Shown piece by piece: positions 51,923 through 64,000 of a stretch of DNA of 64,000 nt. The translations under genes and the position numbers were made by a program. Source of the stretch: Anolis carolinensis (Eukaryota); assembly GCF_035594765.1 (NCBI RefSeq), contig NC_085841.1, positions 259,934,525 through 259,998,524 of the forward strand, given 5' to 3'. The notes under the pieces are model-generated. The model did no database searches. It had not been told where the DNA came from and saw only the letters and a program-made list of their open reading frames with translations. How positions within the stretch are numbered: position 1 is the stretch's first letter; the number at the start of each line of letters is the position of its first letter.

Positions 51923-53471
51923 GGTCATATTTCTTGGCTGGGGGTGGGGCTGGGGGGCTGGGCTGAAAACCTATTTTGAAATGGAAGCTGTCACAACAGT
52001 TGGCATACCTGACGTTGTGTTACTGAAATATGTGTTCCCTTTCTACAGCAAACATTGGAAGTCCCTGAATTGTGCAACTCCTTCATTCAGCAAGCATTTC
52101 CTCTTGTTGAACAGCATGCATCTTTGAGTTTTGATCCCTTTGCTTACTCATGAAGGTTTCCTTTGCTTTGCCTCAGTGCAATATTAGAGAAAAGTGCTTC
52201 CTCCTGGTGCCCACATATCGTCTTTCACTCTTACTCGCTTTCTATCTATCTCTTGGTTGCCTGAGTAATAATGATGAGTGAGTTGAACTATTCTATATTA
52301 TATAATCCTTTGTTATTGTTATTACTCCCTGTTGTCGTAGCTTCGCTGTTTTACGCTAATAACTTTTATTTGTGTCTAATTGCCAAATAGTCCTCACAGC
52401 TGAATTCAGGAAGAATATAGGCATTCTCTTTAACCTTAAGCAGACTACTTAAATTAGATGGAAAGTATTCTGTTTTTTAGTACTGTGATCCTATATTTTG
52501 AATAATGAACATGCCTTCTTGTTTTATTATCTCTCCCTCCCAAACTTCACCCCCCAGATTGTAATCCTGTAATTTTAGTAGTCCTGGTGCAAGAAAAATA
52601 TCTTGCTTGGTGGGCAGAAATGTATTTGCCCTTTAGTTCTGCAATTGATTAGACCTGACTGGTGTTAATAGGAGGCTGGGAATAAGTCAGTTCAAATAGC
52701 ATTTATTTATTATTAGTTTATTTCTTGTACTGTGTCTAGGCATCTCAAGGAGGTACAGTATATAATAAAACCAGTCAAATAAATTTCAAACAGTTTCAAT
52801 AAATAAAAATGATTTTAAAAGGCTAAACAATTTATGGAGTTAGAAAGACAAATTGGAAAAAGTTCAACATTTTAAAACATTTTAAAACCTTAAGTACGAA
52901 TGCACATGCATGCAAACTAGATGGCCAATTCAAATTAATCTTTCTGTGCTTTCAAAAATGTTTCCATAAGCTAAGCTTTGACACAGTCATGGCCTTGCTT
53001 CTCTTGCACTAGTTTCAGGAGTGATTTTTTAAAAATAGTAATTATGTTATTTTAAAAAGCCGCTACACCAGTATTTTGTGTCCAAGGCCATTACAGTATT
53101 GGTATGCGTGTTTGTGTGTGTCTCAAACAAATGAGAGTCTTTCATTCATTAGAAGCCACCATTCATGACATTATAGAAGGCTGTGCCTCAAACCAGACAA
53201 AAGAAAATCCAACTCAAGGTACAACTGGGCAAAAATCACCATCAAATTGCCTTTCTCCAATAAGTATATTGGGACTATGAGTGTCCCCTCTGTCTCATAT
53301 AGGGCTTCCATGTGCAAGAGGGTTCATCTACATGCACAATGTATGGGAATGTTAGAGCCCTTGCGCCTAGTATTTCAATGCCTAGCATTCAACATTTGTT
53401 ATATCAGGTGACACTTTAAAAAAATCATTTGCTTTTAAATTTAATGACAGAACAGTCTGAACAGATTTCAT

Positions 53472-56400
53472 TTACTGAGGTCGAATTTTCATGTCTGTGT
53501 ATTTGAAAGAATAGTGGTATCCGTTTTTAGTGGCCCACTCAATGCCGTCAGCATAAGAGGTGTGTTCCCCTCTGAGGTACAGGCCATTCAGGTTCGATGA
53601 GTGGCAAGCCGTGTACCACCAGCCTCCCTTATACATCACAGCACAGCTTGCTGTTTCATGGCTATCATTGTCCTTGTCTCGTGTGGAGAATGCAGAGCCA
53701 CCGTGTACTGAAAATGAATCACCTGAAAGAGAAAGACAAAAAAGGAAAATCATAATTTTATCAATATTTGTATGTATGTATTTTTATCCTTTACAATTTT
53801 ATCTTGTAAAAATCGCCTAGAGCATCTTGGATGGAGGGCGATTAATAAATAATTAAATGATGATGATGATGATGATGATAAATAAACCCTTTAATAGTTC
53901 AGAATCCACACAATATGTGCTATGGATGTGGTGAAAATGCAAATTCATTACTAGAACAATATTATACCCAAAGCAAATTGTTTGCACACAAAAGGTTGTG
54001 ATTTCAGTTCCTGGTCTCTCCCTGTCGGTTAGGGAAATACTCTCTTTCTTGAACCAGAAAGACCTGCTGCCACTCCATGTGGACTAGGGCATGGGCACCT
54101 TTTGCAGGGTGGGAATAGGAGCCCATTGGGTTTCCATGACAATCCAAACCCTGGTTCAATAGTTAAGCCACAAAATCCCTCATACACATTTCTGCATACA
54201 AAATGCAGTTATACCACTACATCACATAACTTACATTCCACTGAGTTCTACACTTAAAATCTGGTATTCCACTGGGTTCACCACATTCGTTTTGGTTAAA
54301 GTGCAGTTTTTGAGCTTTTTAATCGTTGAGGGCAGCATTTTTTTCCAACGTATCAGGAAGAGGCGAGGAAATGGATTTTTCTCAAAACTCCAGATGTTTT
54401 GCCAAATTTCTAATGAAGTAGCACTCGTTGCTCTCAGGTTATGATCACCCAATTTGTGGGAGGAGAAATTGGGGGAGGAGTCAAAATAAACTTTTTTGGG
54501 CAATTTCCTTTTGCTGCCCAAGCAGGAAGGTTTGGTTGTAAGCTACCTCATAACGCTTCCACTTTGCAGAAAAATAAAAAGCCTTTATTCCTTCCTTCCT
54601 TCCATGATTTGCCTGTGTCCTGTGTTGGGAGGACCAGTGCTGCTGCCCTTCCAAATGCAATACCCTCTCACCCTTTCTCTCTCTCTCTCTCTCCCTCCCT
54701 GCTCTTGGGAATGGTGGGAGTTGCAATCCAAAAGACCACCAGAGCCACTGCTGCTGCTGTTCCAAATGGGCTTCCCCACCATCCCTTTTCTCTCTCTCTC
54801 CCTCCCAGCTGTTGGGAATTGTGGGAGTTGAAGTACCAAACAACACTGTGAGGGATGGTGGCCAGGGCCAAATGTCTGCAGTGTGGAAACCTCTTCATTA
54901 AAAAATACGTAAGACAACTGAGTGCATTAACAGTGTGACTAAAAGGTAGGGAAAAACTCCATTTTATTATGAAATGGAGTTAGACTGAACTCTCTTCTTC
55001 TGAACACTTCCTAGCATAATCTGATGAAGTCCATAGAGTTAACCATGCATGGTGTTTTAATGAAAGTTCACAGGCAAATTTAGGTCGGATAGATAGCACA
55101 CATCCATCAAGGGCTATGATACCCGAGTAAGCTGCACTAAAATTACACATTTCTCTCCATATCCTTATTGGTAGCTAGCTATTATACAGATCTTCCATGC
55201 TCAAAAGTGGAACTCACCCATGTCGCCACCTGTATAAGAGCCCACTGAAAGGATGTAATTTTCTTCCTCATTTGAGATTTTGAAACTAGTGTACGTTGCA
55301 TAAGTTCTGGTGTCATTCATGTCCTTCACATCAATACGCAGCTGCTGTGTTCCTGGCAAGAAATGTCATAGAGTAAGCAAGCGAAACACCTGGACTGTGT
55401 TTATGATCACTTTGCATACAGTGAAATCTCTCTCCAGGCTTCACATTAAGTTAAACGTGCAATTTCAATCTTAAAATATGGGGAATGAAAAATTAAAAGT
55501 AGTGATTTTTAGCAGCCTAACAATACTGTTTGATTTGCAACAAGCAGCAGCAACATGGGATTACCTGAACTTGTGAGAAGATGGATTTTATCATTGCCCA
55601 ACCAAAATTCTGATGCTTGGTTTCCAAACCCATTTTTGTAGGACTGCCAGTCACGATAGAAATCTACTGATCCATCCTGTCGCCTCTGGAAAACCTAGAT
55701 GGAGACAGAGTGAACTTATATTTTAGTGTTTTTACTGAGAATCAATCTTTTTTTTATTCAGTGTTAGATGACTTTGAAGAGGCTTCTCTTAGAAGAAAGA
55801 AGCGTCATATGCGCTATCTAGGACAAAGTACCATGTGGTATAGTCATGTAAGTATTACGTAGATGATCCTAAAAAATTCAGTCTTTCAGCCTCATTCATC
55901 ACATAAATTGGTTGTGCTGATCCAAGGAATAATTTTGATTTTATTTATTTTTTACTTTTGGTCCATTGAAGGAACAGAAGACTAAAAACGAAATGAGACA
56001 CTGATGAGATTAAGGCAGAGGCTGGACACCAACCCGACCTCTTCTATTTGACACTAGGAGCACATTCTACGTGGGCCACAAGGAGCAAGGTTGGGGTACT
56101 CCAGCCTCGCTCCTTGAAGCCACAGTCTGCATGGCCAGCCACCAAGCAGCCTTTGGGGCTGGATGTCAGGACCCAGGCTGCAGAGCACCAATAACCTTAC
56201 ATGGAGGCCAGTCTCTATCTAATATCTTTATTAAAGAAATATATAAAATCAATAAAAACAAGTGAAGAATATAGTTCAGAAGCAGACCTTTCAGATAAGG
56301 TCAAATATAGTCCAGAAATGTATTGTCCAATATAAGATATTAGAGTTCAAAGTTTTAATCCACTTGACCGAAACACACACTTTGCCAAGCAATAGTGTGG

Positions 56401-59400
56401 GGAAATAACAGAGTCTTAAAAGTCCAATGAAGCTTGACAACAAGGCTGGAAATAAACTTGATTCTCGACTAGATCCGTGACTGGAGGCAAGACGAACATG
56501 AAGCATGAAACAGAGTCCGTGGTAAATCCGTGAGACAAGGCAAGGCTTGAAGCTTGATCCGGGAAGCAAGGAACTGGGATTACGAAGTCCACACACGATC
56601 TCTCTCCTCAAGCTGATCAATTGACTCCGCAAAGTATCCCTTGCGCCAAACACCTATATTGGGTCTCGTTTTCTCGCCAACAGAACTCTTTCCCTAGAGA
56701 ACGAGAAGCGAAACCCAACTCTGTCCAGATGCATGACTCCTTAGAATTTCCCAAGGGAAGCAGACCTAATCAGCCATTTGTTTGGCAGCGATTCTCAGGC
56801 TTCTGCGATTAGCCTCCCTGGCTCCCCTATCTTTAGCATAATTTTCCCTCCTGGAAAACGGGGGGGAGTTCTGCCCAAGGCCTGTTTGGCTGAATTCTTG
56901 AGGGCAAACGTCAACATCCTGCAGGTGAAGAGGCTCCGGCTCTGGCTGAACCGGCGAAAATCCCATGTTTTCCTCTTCGTCTGCCACAATAGTACTAGGA
57001 ACAGGACTACAAGGCCCATGAGTCATCACACTGGATGGCAGTCACATTGCGCTCTTCCAGGCTTGCCTGGTGGCTGGATGGTGTCTAGGTGGTTCAACAT
57101 ATTTGGAATGGTTTCACCATCACTGGATTGCTAATTTTACGTTGCCCCACCATTCTGGAACTTGCAGTACCCACTTAGCACGAGAATCATAGAATCATCA
57201 AGTTGGAGGAGACCACATAGGTCACCCAGTCCAACACTCTGCCATGCAGGAAAAGCACAATCAAAGAACCTCCAACAGATGGCCATCCAGCCTTTGTTTA
57301 AAAGCCTCCTAGGAAGGAGCTTTCATGACACTCCAAGGCAGAGAGTTCATAGCTCTTACAGTCAGGAAGTTCTTCCTAATGTTCTGTGGAATCTCCTTTC
57401 CTGTCATTTGAACTCACTGCTCCGGGTCCTAGTCTCCAGGGCAGCAGAAAACAAGCCTGCTCCCTTATGGCATCCTTTCAAATATTTTAACATGGCATCA
57501 TGTCCCTTCTCAACTTTCTCTACTGCAAGCTAAACATACCCAGCTCTTTAAGCCGTTCCTCATAGGGTATGGTCTCCAGACATTTAATCATTTTAGTCAC
57601 CTTCTTCTGGACAGGTTCAAACTTGTCAATATCCCTCTTGAATTGTGATGCCCAGAATTGGACACAGTATTATTCCAGGTGAAGTCTGACCAAAGCAGAA
57701 TATTGGGGCACCATTATGGTATTCATTGCCTGGCACTTGCAGTGATGATAACTGCGAAGGAGGAATTACTCCATCCTTTTGGCCCTTCCTTCTTGGATTA
57801 CTTTTCCCCCCTCTGGCTAACATCACTCCAGGCTCCAAGCAACAAACACTGCCAGGTAGGTCTAACAAAGTCCAAAACAACATGAAAAGGTAGTTGACAT
57901 CCCCTGCCCAGAGAAAGTGAGATGGTAGTGCAAAAAGCTGCAGCTTCTTCTCAAATGAGAAACGGCACGACTGTTTACACTTATTCAAAACATGGGTAAA
58001 GTGTCAGAGTAACCCAAGACTTTTATTAGCACAAGTTGAGGCTGCATGAACCAAAACCAGCTCCATGCAACATGAATCTGAGCCCTGTTTTTGAGATCCA
58101 GTGTAATACTAATCCTGTCCAAAGATGTGCTTACTGACTAATACTGGTACCCAGAAGGATGGAAGCATCCAGCAGCAGCCAGAATAATGGTGTCAGGATT
58201 TTCTGATATCCCCAGAGCAAGCCAAGTGCTTCTGGTGTCCTGGTCTGAGTCAGTGATTGCTTCTCTTGGCTCCTGGTGTATGTGTGGGGGGTAGATGGTA
58301 TGTTCCTGACCAACATCGAAAATAGGGCAAGTGTGCAAGGTGTGAGAAGATTAAATTACTAGGACAATTTGCAATTATGTGAGCATAATGATCCAATTGG
58401 CAATGATTTTAAAAGGGTCACAAAAAAGAGATTTGCACATATCCTTATGTGGGTTCTTTCCTCCCCCCCCCCCCCCCCCCCCAATATACACCATATTTTC
58501 CTTTGGGAAACATCAGTGACTTTTCCTCCACCTTACATGGTTGTCAGTGCAGATCATGGGCATGTCTATGACACATAGCAGTTTGTTAAAGCTTACCAGC
58601 CAACCTCCTCCATCAGTCTCCATGTCACAGAAGACGCTCATTGCTTTCCCCGTGGCAGGGTAGATTGTATACCAACCACTCAGTGTCTCTCCACGCTCCA
58701 GAAGCTCTTTGCAGTCTTTGGCTCCTGTCTCTAGATGAAATACCAAAGAGGAAAGTCTGTGCTGGTAAATGCAATCTCCATTCTGGTAATATAATATGCA
58801 TGAGGACAGCAATGGGTTTATCATAGGAGTGAACAATTTCTAGAAGTGGTGTAGCCATACAGATCTCTGCTTGAACTACCAGGGGCTGCACTCTCTCTAG
58901 GAATAAATTTGCTTCTCTGACACAAACACCCTGCCCCCAGCCTTAGAAAGGCTGTTGGGGGTGAGCGTGGGCTGGTGGGTAAATGCAGACTCCATTCTGG
59001 TTATATAATTTGCATGCTTATGCAACTAAACCTTTATTGCTGAAATTGATAATTTCTAGAAGTTGTTGCAGCAGCACAGTGAGTACTGTGGTTGTCTACA
59101 GGGAAGCTGTAATAGTTCTGCATGCAAGACTCTGCACAGGTGCGAAAAATCTTGGCCTACATGTGCATGCACAGAATTTTTAGTGCAATGGTTTGAAACT
59201 GATATCGTGGACTATGCTTATTTAAAAAAAAATTCAGTGGTGATTCCATTGAAAAGTGACAGTGGGCAAAAATGTGTATATCTGTATCAGTCAGTTGATG
59301 GCATGATGGGTTAAGCCCTTGTGCTGGCTGGACTGCTGACCTAAAGGTTGGGTGGCTGACCTGAAAGTTGCCGGTTCGAATCCGGAAGATGGGGTGAGCT

Positions 59401-62255
59401 CCCGTCTGTCATCTCTACTTGTGGGATGTGAGAGAAGCCTTCCAGCAGGATGTGTTACCCGGGCATCCCCTGGGCAACGTCTCTGTAGACTGCCAATTCT
59501 CTCCCACCAGAAATGACTTGCAAAATGTTCTCAAGTTGCTTTGGACACAATAAAAACAAGTCAGTTGTGACCTATGGTTTATATCATCTTCACTTCCAAA
59601 TTAGTCCTCCTGACTGAAAGAGTGAGAGGGAAGGCCTAGTTGATGCATTGCGGACTCTCTGTGACTCCTGGGGACCTCCAACAGCTTTCGTAGACCATCA
59701 AATGTTTATAGAGCCTAAGTTGTTAGCTGATGCTTTTGTTTAAGGTTTAACTTCCTAGAATTTTAAAGAGAAGAAAATATTCTCCTATACTGGGAGAGAG
59801 CAGGATATGAAATAAATAGTAATAGTAATACAGTAGAGTCTCACTTATCCAAAACTCGCTTATCCAACGTTCTGGATTATCCAACGCATTTTTGTAGTCA
59901 ATGTTTTCAATACATCGTGATATTTTGGTGCTAAATTTGTAAATACAGTAATTACTACATAGCATTACTGCGTATTGAACTACTTTTTCCTGTCAAATTT
60001 GTTAAACATGATGTTTTGGTGCTTAATTTGTAAAATCGTAACCTAATTTGATGTGTAATAGGCTTCTCCGTATTATCCAAAATATTCGCTTATCCAAAGT
60101 TCTCCCGGCCCGTTTATGTTGGATAAGTGAGACTCTACTGTATTAATAATGGTCCACATGAAGTTGGAGGTCTATTTTGTGTATAACAATAATATAATAA
60201 CTTTATTTTTGTATCCCGCCTCCATCTCCCCGAAGGGACTTGGGGCGGCTCACATGGAGACAAGCCCAACAACACAAGTTAAAACACAGAAAAATTAATT
60301 TAAAACATTATAACTACATAAAACAATAAAACACATCAACAGAATTAAGACCAGGACAATAATAATAACTAAATATTCAGATGGTAAAATTGTGTAGAAC
60401 TCTGAATGTGCTTGATCATTTAATACATTTTACATTGGTACTGCCTAATGAGTCTCATCTACTTTGATCTTGGTGGTGCAATATGCCTGATTATTTGTGA
60501 AAGAAGCTCATAACTCTCAGCCTTGTGTAAGGGGAGCTCAACCATACTATCCGTGCACCCACCCAGTTTTGGATCCGTGGTGAAGATGGTATTGGTGACA
60601 AAACATACCTTGGTGTTGACAGCTAGCAAGATTGCATGCCTCTCCTGTAGGAAGAGAAAAGCCATTTATGAACGAACAAATGTGGTTCCTGGGTCAGAAT
60701 TAAAATGAGAATAAGAGCAGTTTCAAGTGCTCTGTATAGCAGTACAGTACTTTATTTTATTTTACCTGGAGAAGAAGAGGTAAGCAAAAGTTTTTCCACT
60801 CTGGCCATGTTTTTCCTGACAAATTTAATAAACCAATGCATAATGTCGAATGTAGGTGATGGTTGCACTGAAAATTGTTCTAAGATTGACCAGTTCCTTG
60901 GGCTGGTCAGTGCATGGACAGAGGGTGCTTTTTTGTGTGATATCCCCTTATTTAGGCAACAGGAAACTATACAAACTGAGTCCATGAATACCCTTTGACC
61001 ATATACATTGCAAAGTTGTAAATTTCTCATTAGCCAGATAGGCCATGAGATACTAGCTGCTAGAGATATGGTGAACAATAAAACCATTTGTTTTTCCTAC
61101 ACCTAGGCTAGGCAGCTAACACACATGTGAACTTTTGATTTTTCTTTTCTTTTCTGTAAGCCTGACTAAGCCCTACTCTTGATCCAAGAAACCTCTGGTC
61201 ATTTTCCCAATTCTTGAAGCTTCTGAAGCTGTTCATTCCTGGCCTGATGGTGACAGCATGGTCCAGGCTTCATCTGTGATCTCTCTTCAATTTCTTCAAA
61301 TGAGGTTGTAGAGGACTCACCTTGATCTCCTTTCTCTCCTTTGGACCCAGCTTTCCCAAGTGCTCCAGCAGAGCCTCTCTCACCTGAGAAAAAGAGATCA
61401 GTACCTTTTCAGAGAACATTTGAAACATCTCTAGAAGACATTCCCCTTTTGTGTAACCAACCCACCCCATCCCTCCTCAGCACATTTTCTGTAATTGAGT
61501 ACATTAGAGAAAATGGGGAGTTGAATTTTATCCATTCAGACTGCGGTATCCTGCTCTGCTACTTTGTATGTGTGTCAAAAACAATGCAATTCCAATCGTA
61601 ATTTACATTTTAAAGTGCTAATATTCACCGTATGCCTTATGTTAATGTTAATCTGTTAGCGAAAAAAAAGACTGCTGCCTGTGGTTTGGTTTGCAACTGA
61701 TTTGTGGTCCAGATAGGCTTTGTCTCACCTGGGGGCCCTTGGAGGCCAGGGTCTCCTTTCATCCCGGGCAATCCGTTTGTTCCTGGGATGCCGGGAATTC
61801 CTGGGATACCTGCCTGGCCTTGGAGAAAGACCTTGTCCGTTCCACACTGAGATAAGCCCTTCAACTCTGCAACGAGGTACGAAGGACAAACAAAATTGTA
61901 CACCATAAACTTAAGTGGGGTGCAGCAAACAGTGATGAGTTTGCACCAGTTCTATACTATCCATTTTTCTAAGAATGAAAAAGATTGTCCTCAGTAGTTG
62001 TATGCATTAGAAAGAAATTTTGTGAAATTGCCCCAGCAGTTTGAACAATGACCATATTTTCTTTCTGCACATACCTAAAAGATATGAGAGCCCTCTCCAC
62101 CAGTGACCTGACTCCTATCCATAATTTCCACATCTCTCCCAGTTTGACTCACGTGCACAGCAGCTGGCTTCAGTCTCTTCTCCAAAGCTTCCTCTCCCCA
62201 TAGACGTGACAGCAAAGCAGGTCAGAGCCAGATGAAAGGCAGCCCAGGTAGCCAT
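53472..62255 (-). CDS. Ficolin-like gene D, ~327 aa; exons 62255-62153, 61866-61729, 61383-61321, 60644-60609, 58724(or 58730)-58597, 55694-55565, 55352-55218, 53722-53472
   Basis: [18 protein letters not shown] signal peptide, collagen, neck GEACNLASC, complete FBG domain; all splice sites canonical. Confidence 0.93.
56164..57030 (-). mobile_element. Solo LTR (867 bp, gypsy/ERV-type) in gene D intron 5
   Basis: TG...CA termini with perfect 5-bp TSD ctgga (56159-56163, 57031-57035); AATAAA on - strand at 56232-56227. Confidence 0.85.
57184..57700 (-). mobile_element. CR1 LINE 3' fragment
   Basis: gaatcatagaatcat tail with upstream degenerate CR1 ORF2 end. Confidence 0.8.
59300..59555 (+). 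mobile_element. tRNA-derived SINE
   Basis: B-box ggttcgaatcc (~59373), body homologous to the 11210-11415 copy. Confidence 0.75.
59831..60140. mobile_element. Tc1/mariner MITE, same family as 23435-23757, opposite orientation
   Basis: TIR cagtagagtctcacttatccaa, TA TSD. Confidence 0.88.
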
Positions 62256-62309
62256 CTTGTCTTGCGAAACCGAACTGGATTTGTTTCTGAATGAAGGTTT
62301 TTGTGCCCC

Positions 62310-62354
62310 TTATATAGAGAGCAAAGAGTTCTGTAGATAAGGACATGAGGAAGT
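62310..62354 (-). promoter_or_regulatory. Ficolin D core promoter: TATATAA, GAGGAAGT
   Basis: Conserved block upstream of the ATG. Confidence 0.6.
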
Positions 62355-62571
62355 GCTTTTGTTTCTTGGCTGAGGGGGACTGGGCTGAAAACTTGTTTTG
62401 AAACAACTGCTGACATTTCACTTTCTACAGCAATTATCTAAATCTCTGAATTGTGCAGCCCTTTGTTCAGCAATAATTTCCTCCTGAATAATGTGCACCT
62501 TTGAGTTTTGGACCAGTGGCACAAAGTTTCCGTTCCTGGAGTCTTTTGGATTTCCAGATAAGAGACACTTA

Positions 62572-62719
62572 GGCCCCTTCTACACTGTCAAATAAAATTC
62601 AGATTATCTGTTTTGAACCGGATTATATGGCAGTGTAGACTCAAATAATCCAGTTCAAATCAGGTTATGTGGATTATCTGCATTGATAATCTGGATTATA
62701 TGGCAGTATAGAAGGAATC
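62572..62719. mobile_element. PIF/Harbinger MITE upstream of gene D
   Basis: ggccccttctacactg...cagtatagaaggaatc, TTA TSD. Confidence 0.75.
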
Positions 62720-62761
62720 TTAGCCTGTGTTGTTACAATATATCATATTGTATTAATTTTT

Positions 62762-63110
62762 CATTGCCTCCTAAATATCCTGCAAATTTCTTGGGAAGAC
62801 AGGCAGACAAATGTCAGCGTACTGGAAGAAGCAAAGGCCACCAGCACTGAAGCGATGCTCCCACGCTACCAACTCCGCTGGACTGGCCACGTTGTCCAAA
62901 TGCCTGATCACCGTATCCCAAAGCAGTTACTCTACTCCCAACTCAAGAACGGAAAATGGAATGTTGGTGGACAGGAAAAGAGATTTAAAGATGGGCTTAA
63001 AGCCAACCTTAAAAACTGTGGCATAGATACCGAAAACTGGGAAGCCGTGGCCCTTGAGCACTCTAATTGGAGGTCAGCTGTGACCAGCAGTGCTGCACAA
63101 TTTGAAGCCC
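62762..63110 (+). mobile_element. RTE-clade LINE fragment (ORF C-terminus)
   Basis: QLRWTGHVVQMPDHRIPKQLLYSQLKNG..GGQEKRFKDGLKANLKNCGIDTENWE..A..SNWRS is the typical RTE post-RT motif. Confidence 0.85.
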
Positions 63111-64000
63111 CCCCCCCCAATGCTTTCATACAATTGGTGGTGGACTCCCAGCCACTGAAGTGGAGAGGTAGGGGAAGCTGAGCATGGGTCCTGAAGTAGG
63201 AAGTCTGGCCTCTGCACCCCTGTAGTTTCTGTCTTGTTTAGAAGCCAAGATCAACTCAGAGGCCATCATCAGTGAAAATGAATGTGATTCACCCACAACA
63301 TAAAGCACACATAAGAAAAGATTTAATAAAAAGCAACAGATGTATTATTTGCTCAGTAAACAAAGGGCAAATAGTTCCTATATCAATAAGGAAACCTGCT
63401 AAAATGGAAGAAAGAAGTCCTATGAAGAGGTACAAGGGACAGACTTGATGAAGATCCAAAGCAGCTTTGCTTTCCACGTTTGGCTTTTTATTCAGATGCT
63501 CATTACAAGGGTAGTCTGAATGTTGGTTTCTTCTTTGTTCATCCATGGCAGTAGCTGACATGTTTCAGCGAAGGTGCACTGGACTCCTGTATTTGTCCAC
63601 ATCACAGCCTTCCAGCACCATTACTGCCCTATTTATGTGTCTATGGTCAGTCTAGGTTTCATCCGTTTCAGATATTTAAGCTCTCGCACTGTGTCTTCAC
63701 TCAATTCTTCAATATCAAGACTGTAAACATGAGAAAAAGACAAATGCTCATGCTCAGGTCAGTTGCAACAGGAGTCTTATCCAAACCACTAGACCCTCCT
63801 GTTCTCTTGACAAGGAAAACCTCTTATCTCCATTTAGAGAGAAAAGATCCCTGTGGTCTATCACAACTGCTTTGAGACTTTCAAAAAAACCTCTACTTCT
63901 CACTTTGGAAGTGTGTGAGTATATATACAGGTTTGGATAAGACAATCACATGCTCTTGCTAGTACAGATCTCCCTATGTCCTTGCCTGAATCTAATCCAA

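Larger units (their letters stand above)
29998..52450. repeat. Tandem segmental duplication: ~29998-41110 versus ~41114-52450 (genes B and C)
   Basis: Collinear high identity across introns, flanks and shared TE insertions. Both units start cagttgaaatctttatacagaacat. Confidence 0.88.

Overview
Vertebrate genomic DNA. The repeat content (Penelope, L2, CR1, RTE, L1, tRNA-SINEs, many hAT/mariner/Harbinger MITEs) looks squamate, probably an Anolis-like lizard; this is an inference. The window holds three gene-level items. (1) The last three coding exons of PSMD13 (+, 846-2116). (2) A convergent, intact two-exon cytochrome c oxidase subunit 8 gene (-, 11904-4935), in the position of mammalian COX8B. 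(3) A tandem array of four 8-exon ficolin genes (collagen + fibrinogen-like domain, ryncolin/veficolin-like), all on the - strand: A 28793-18008, B 40489-31106, C 51811-43023, D 62255-53472. All four reading frames are open. B and C come from a recent ~11 kb duplication. The paralogues differ in a patterned way: hypervariable ligand-site residues, a collagen Gly->Ser break (B, C), altered MASP motifs (A, D), a dead splice acceptor (A), a weak donor (C), reciprocal promoter-motif losses and gene-conversion mosaics. Penelope ends upstream of COX8 carry hammerhead ribozyme motifs. Exon boundaries were read by eye from GT-AG sites and paralogue alignment. Family names come from recognition, not from database searches.
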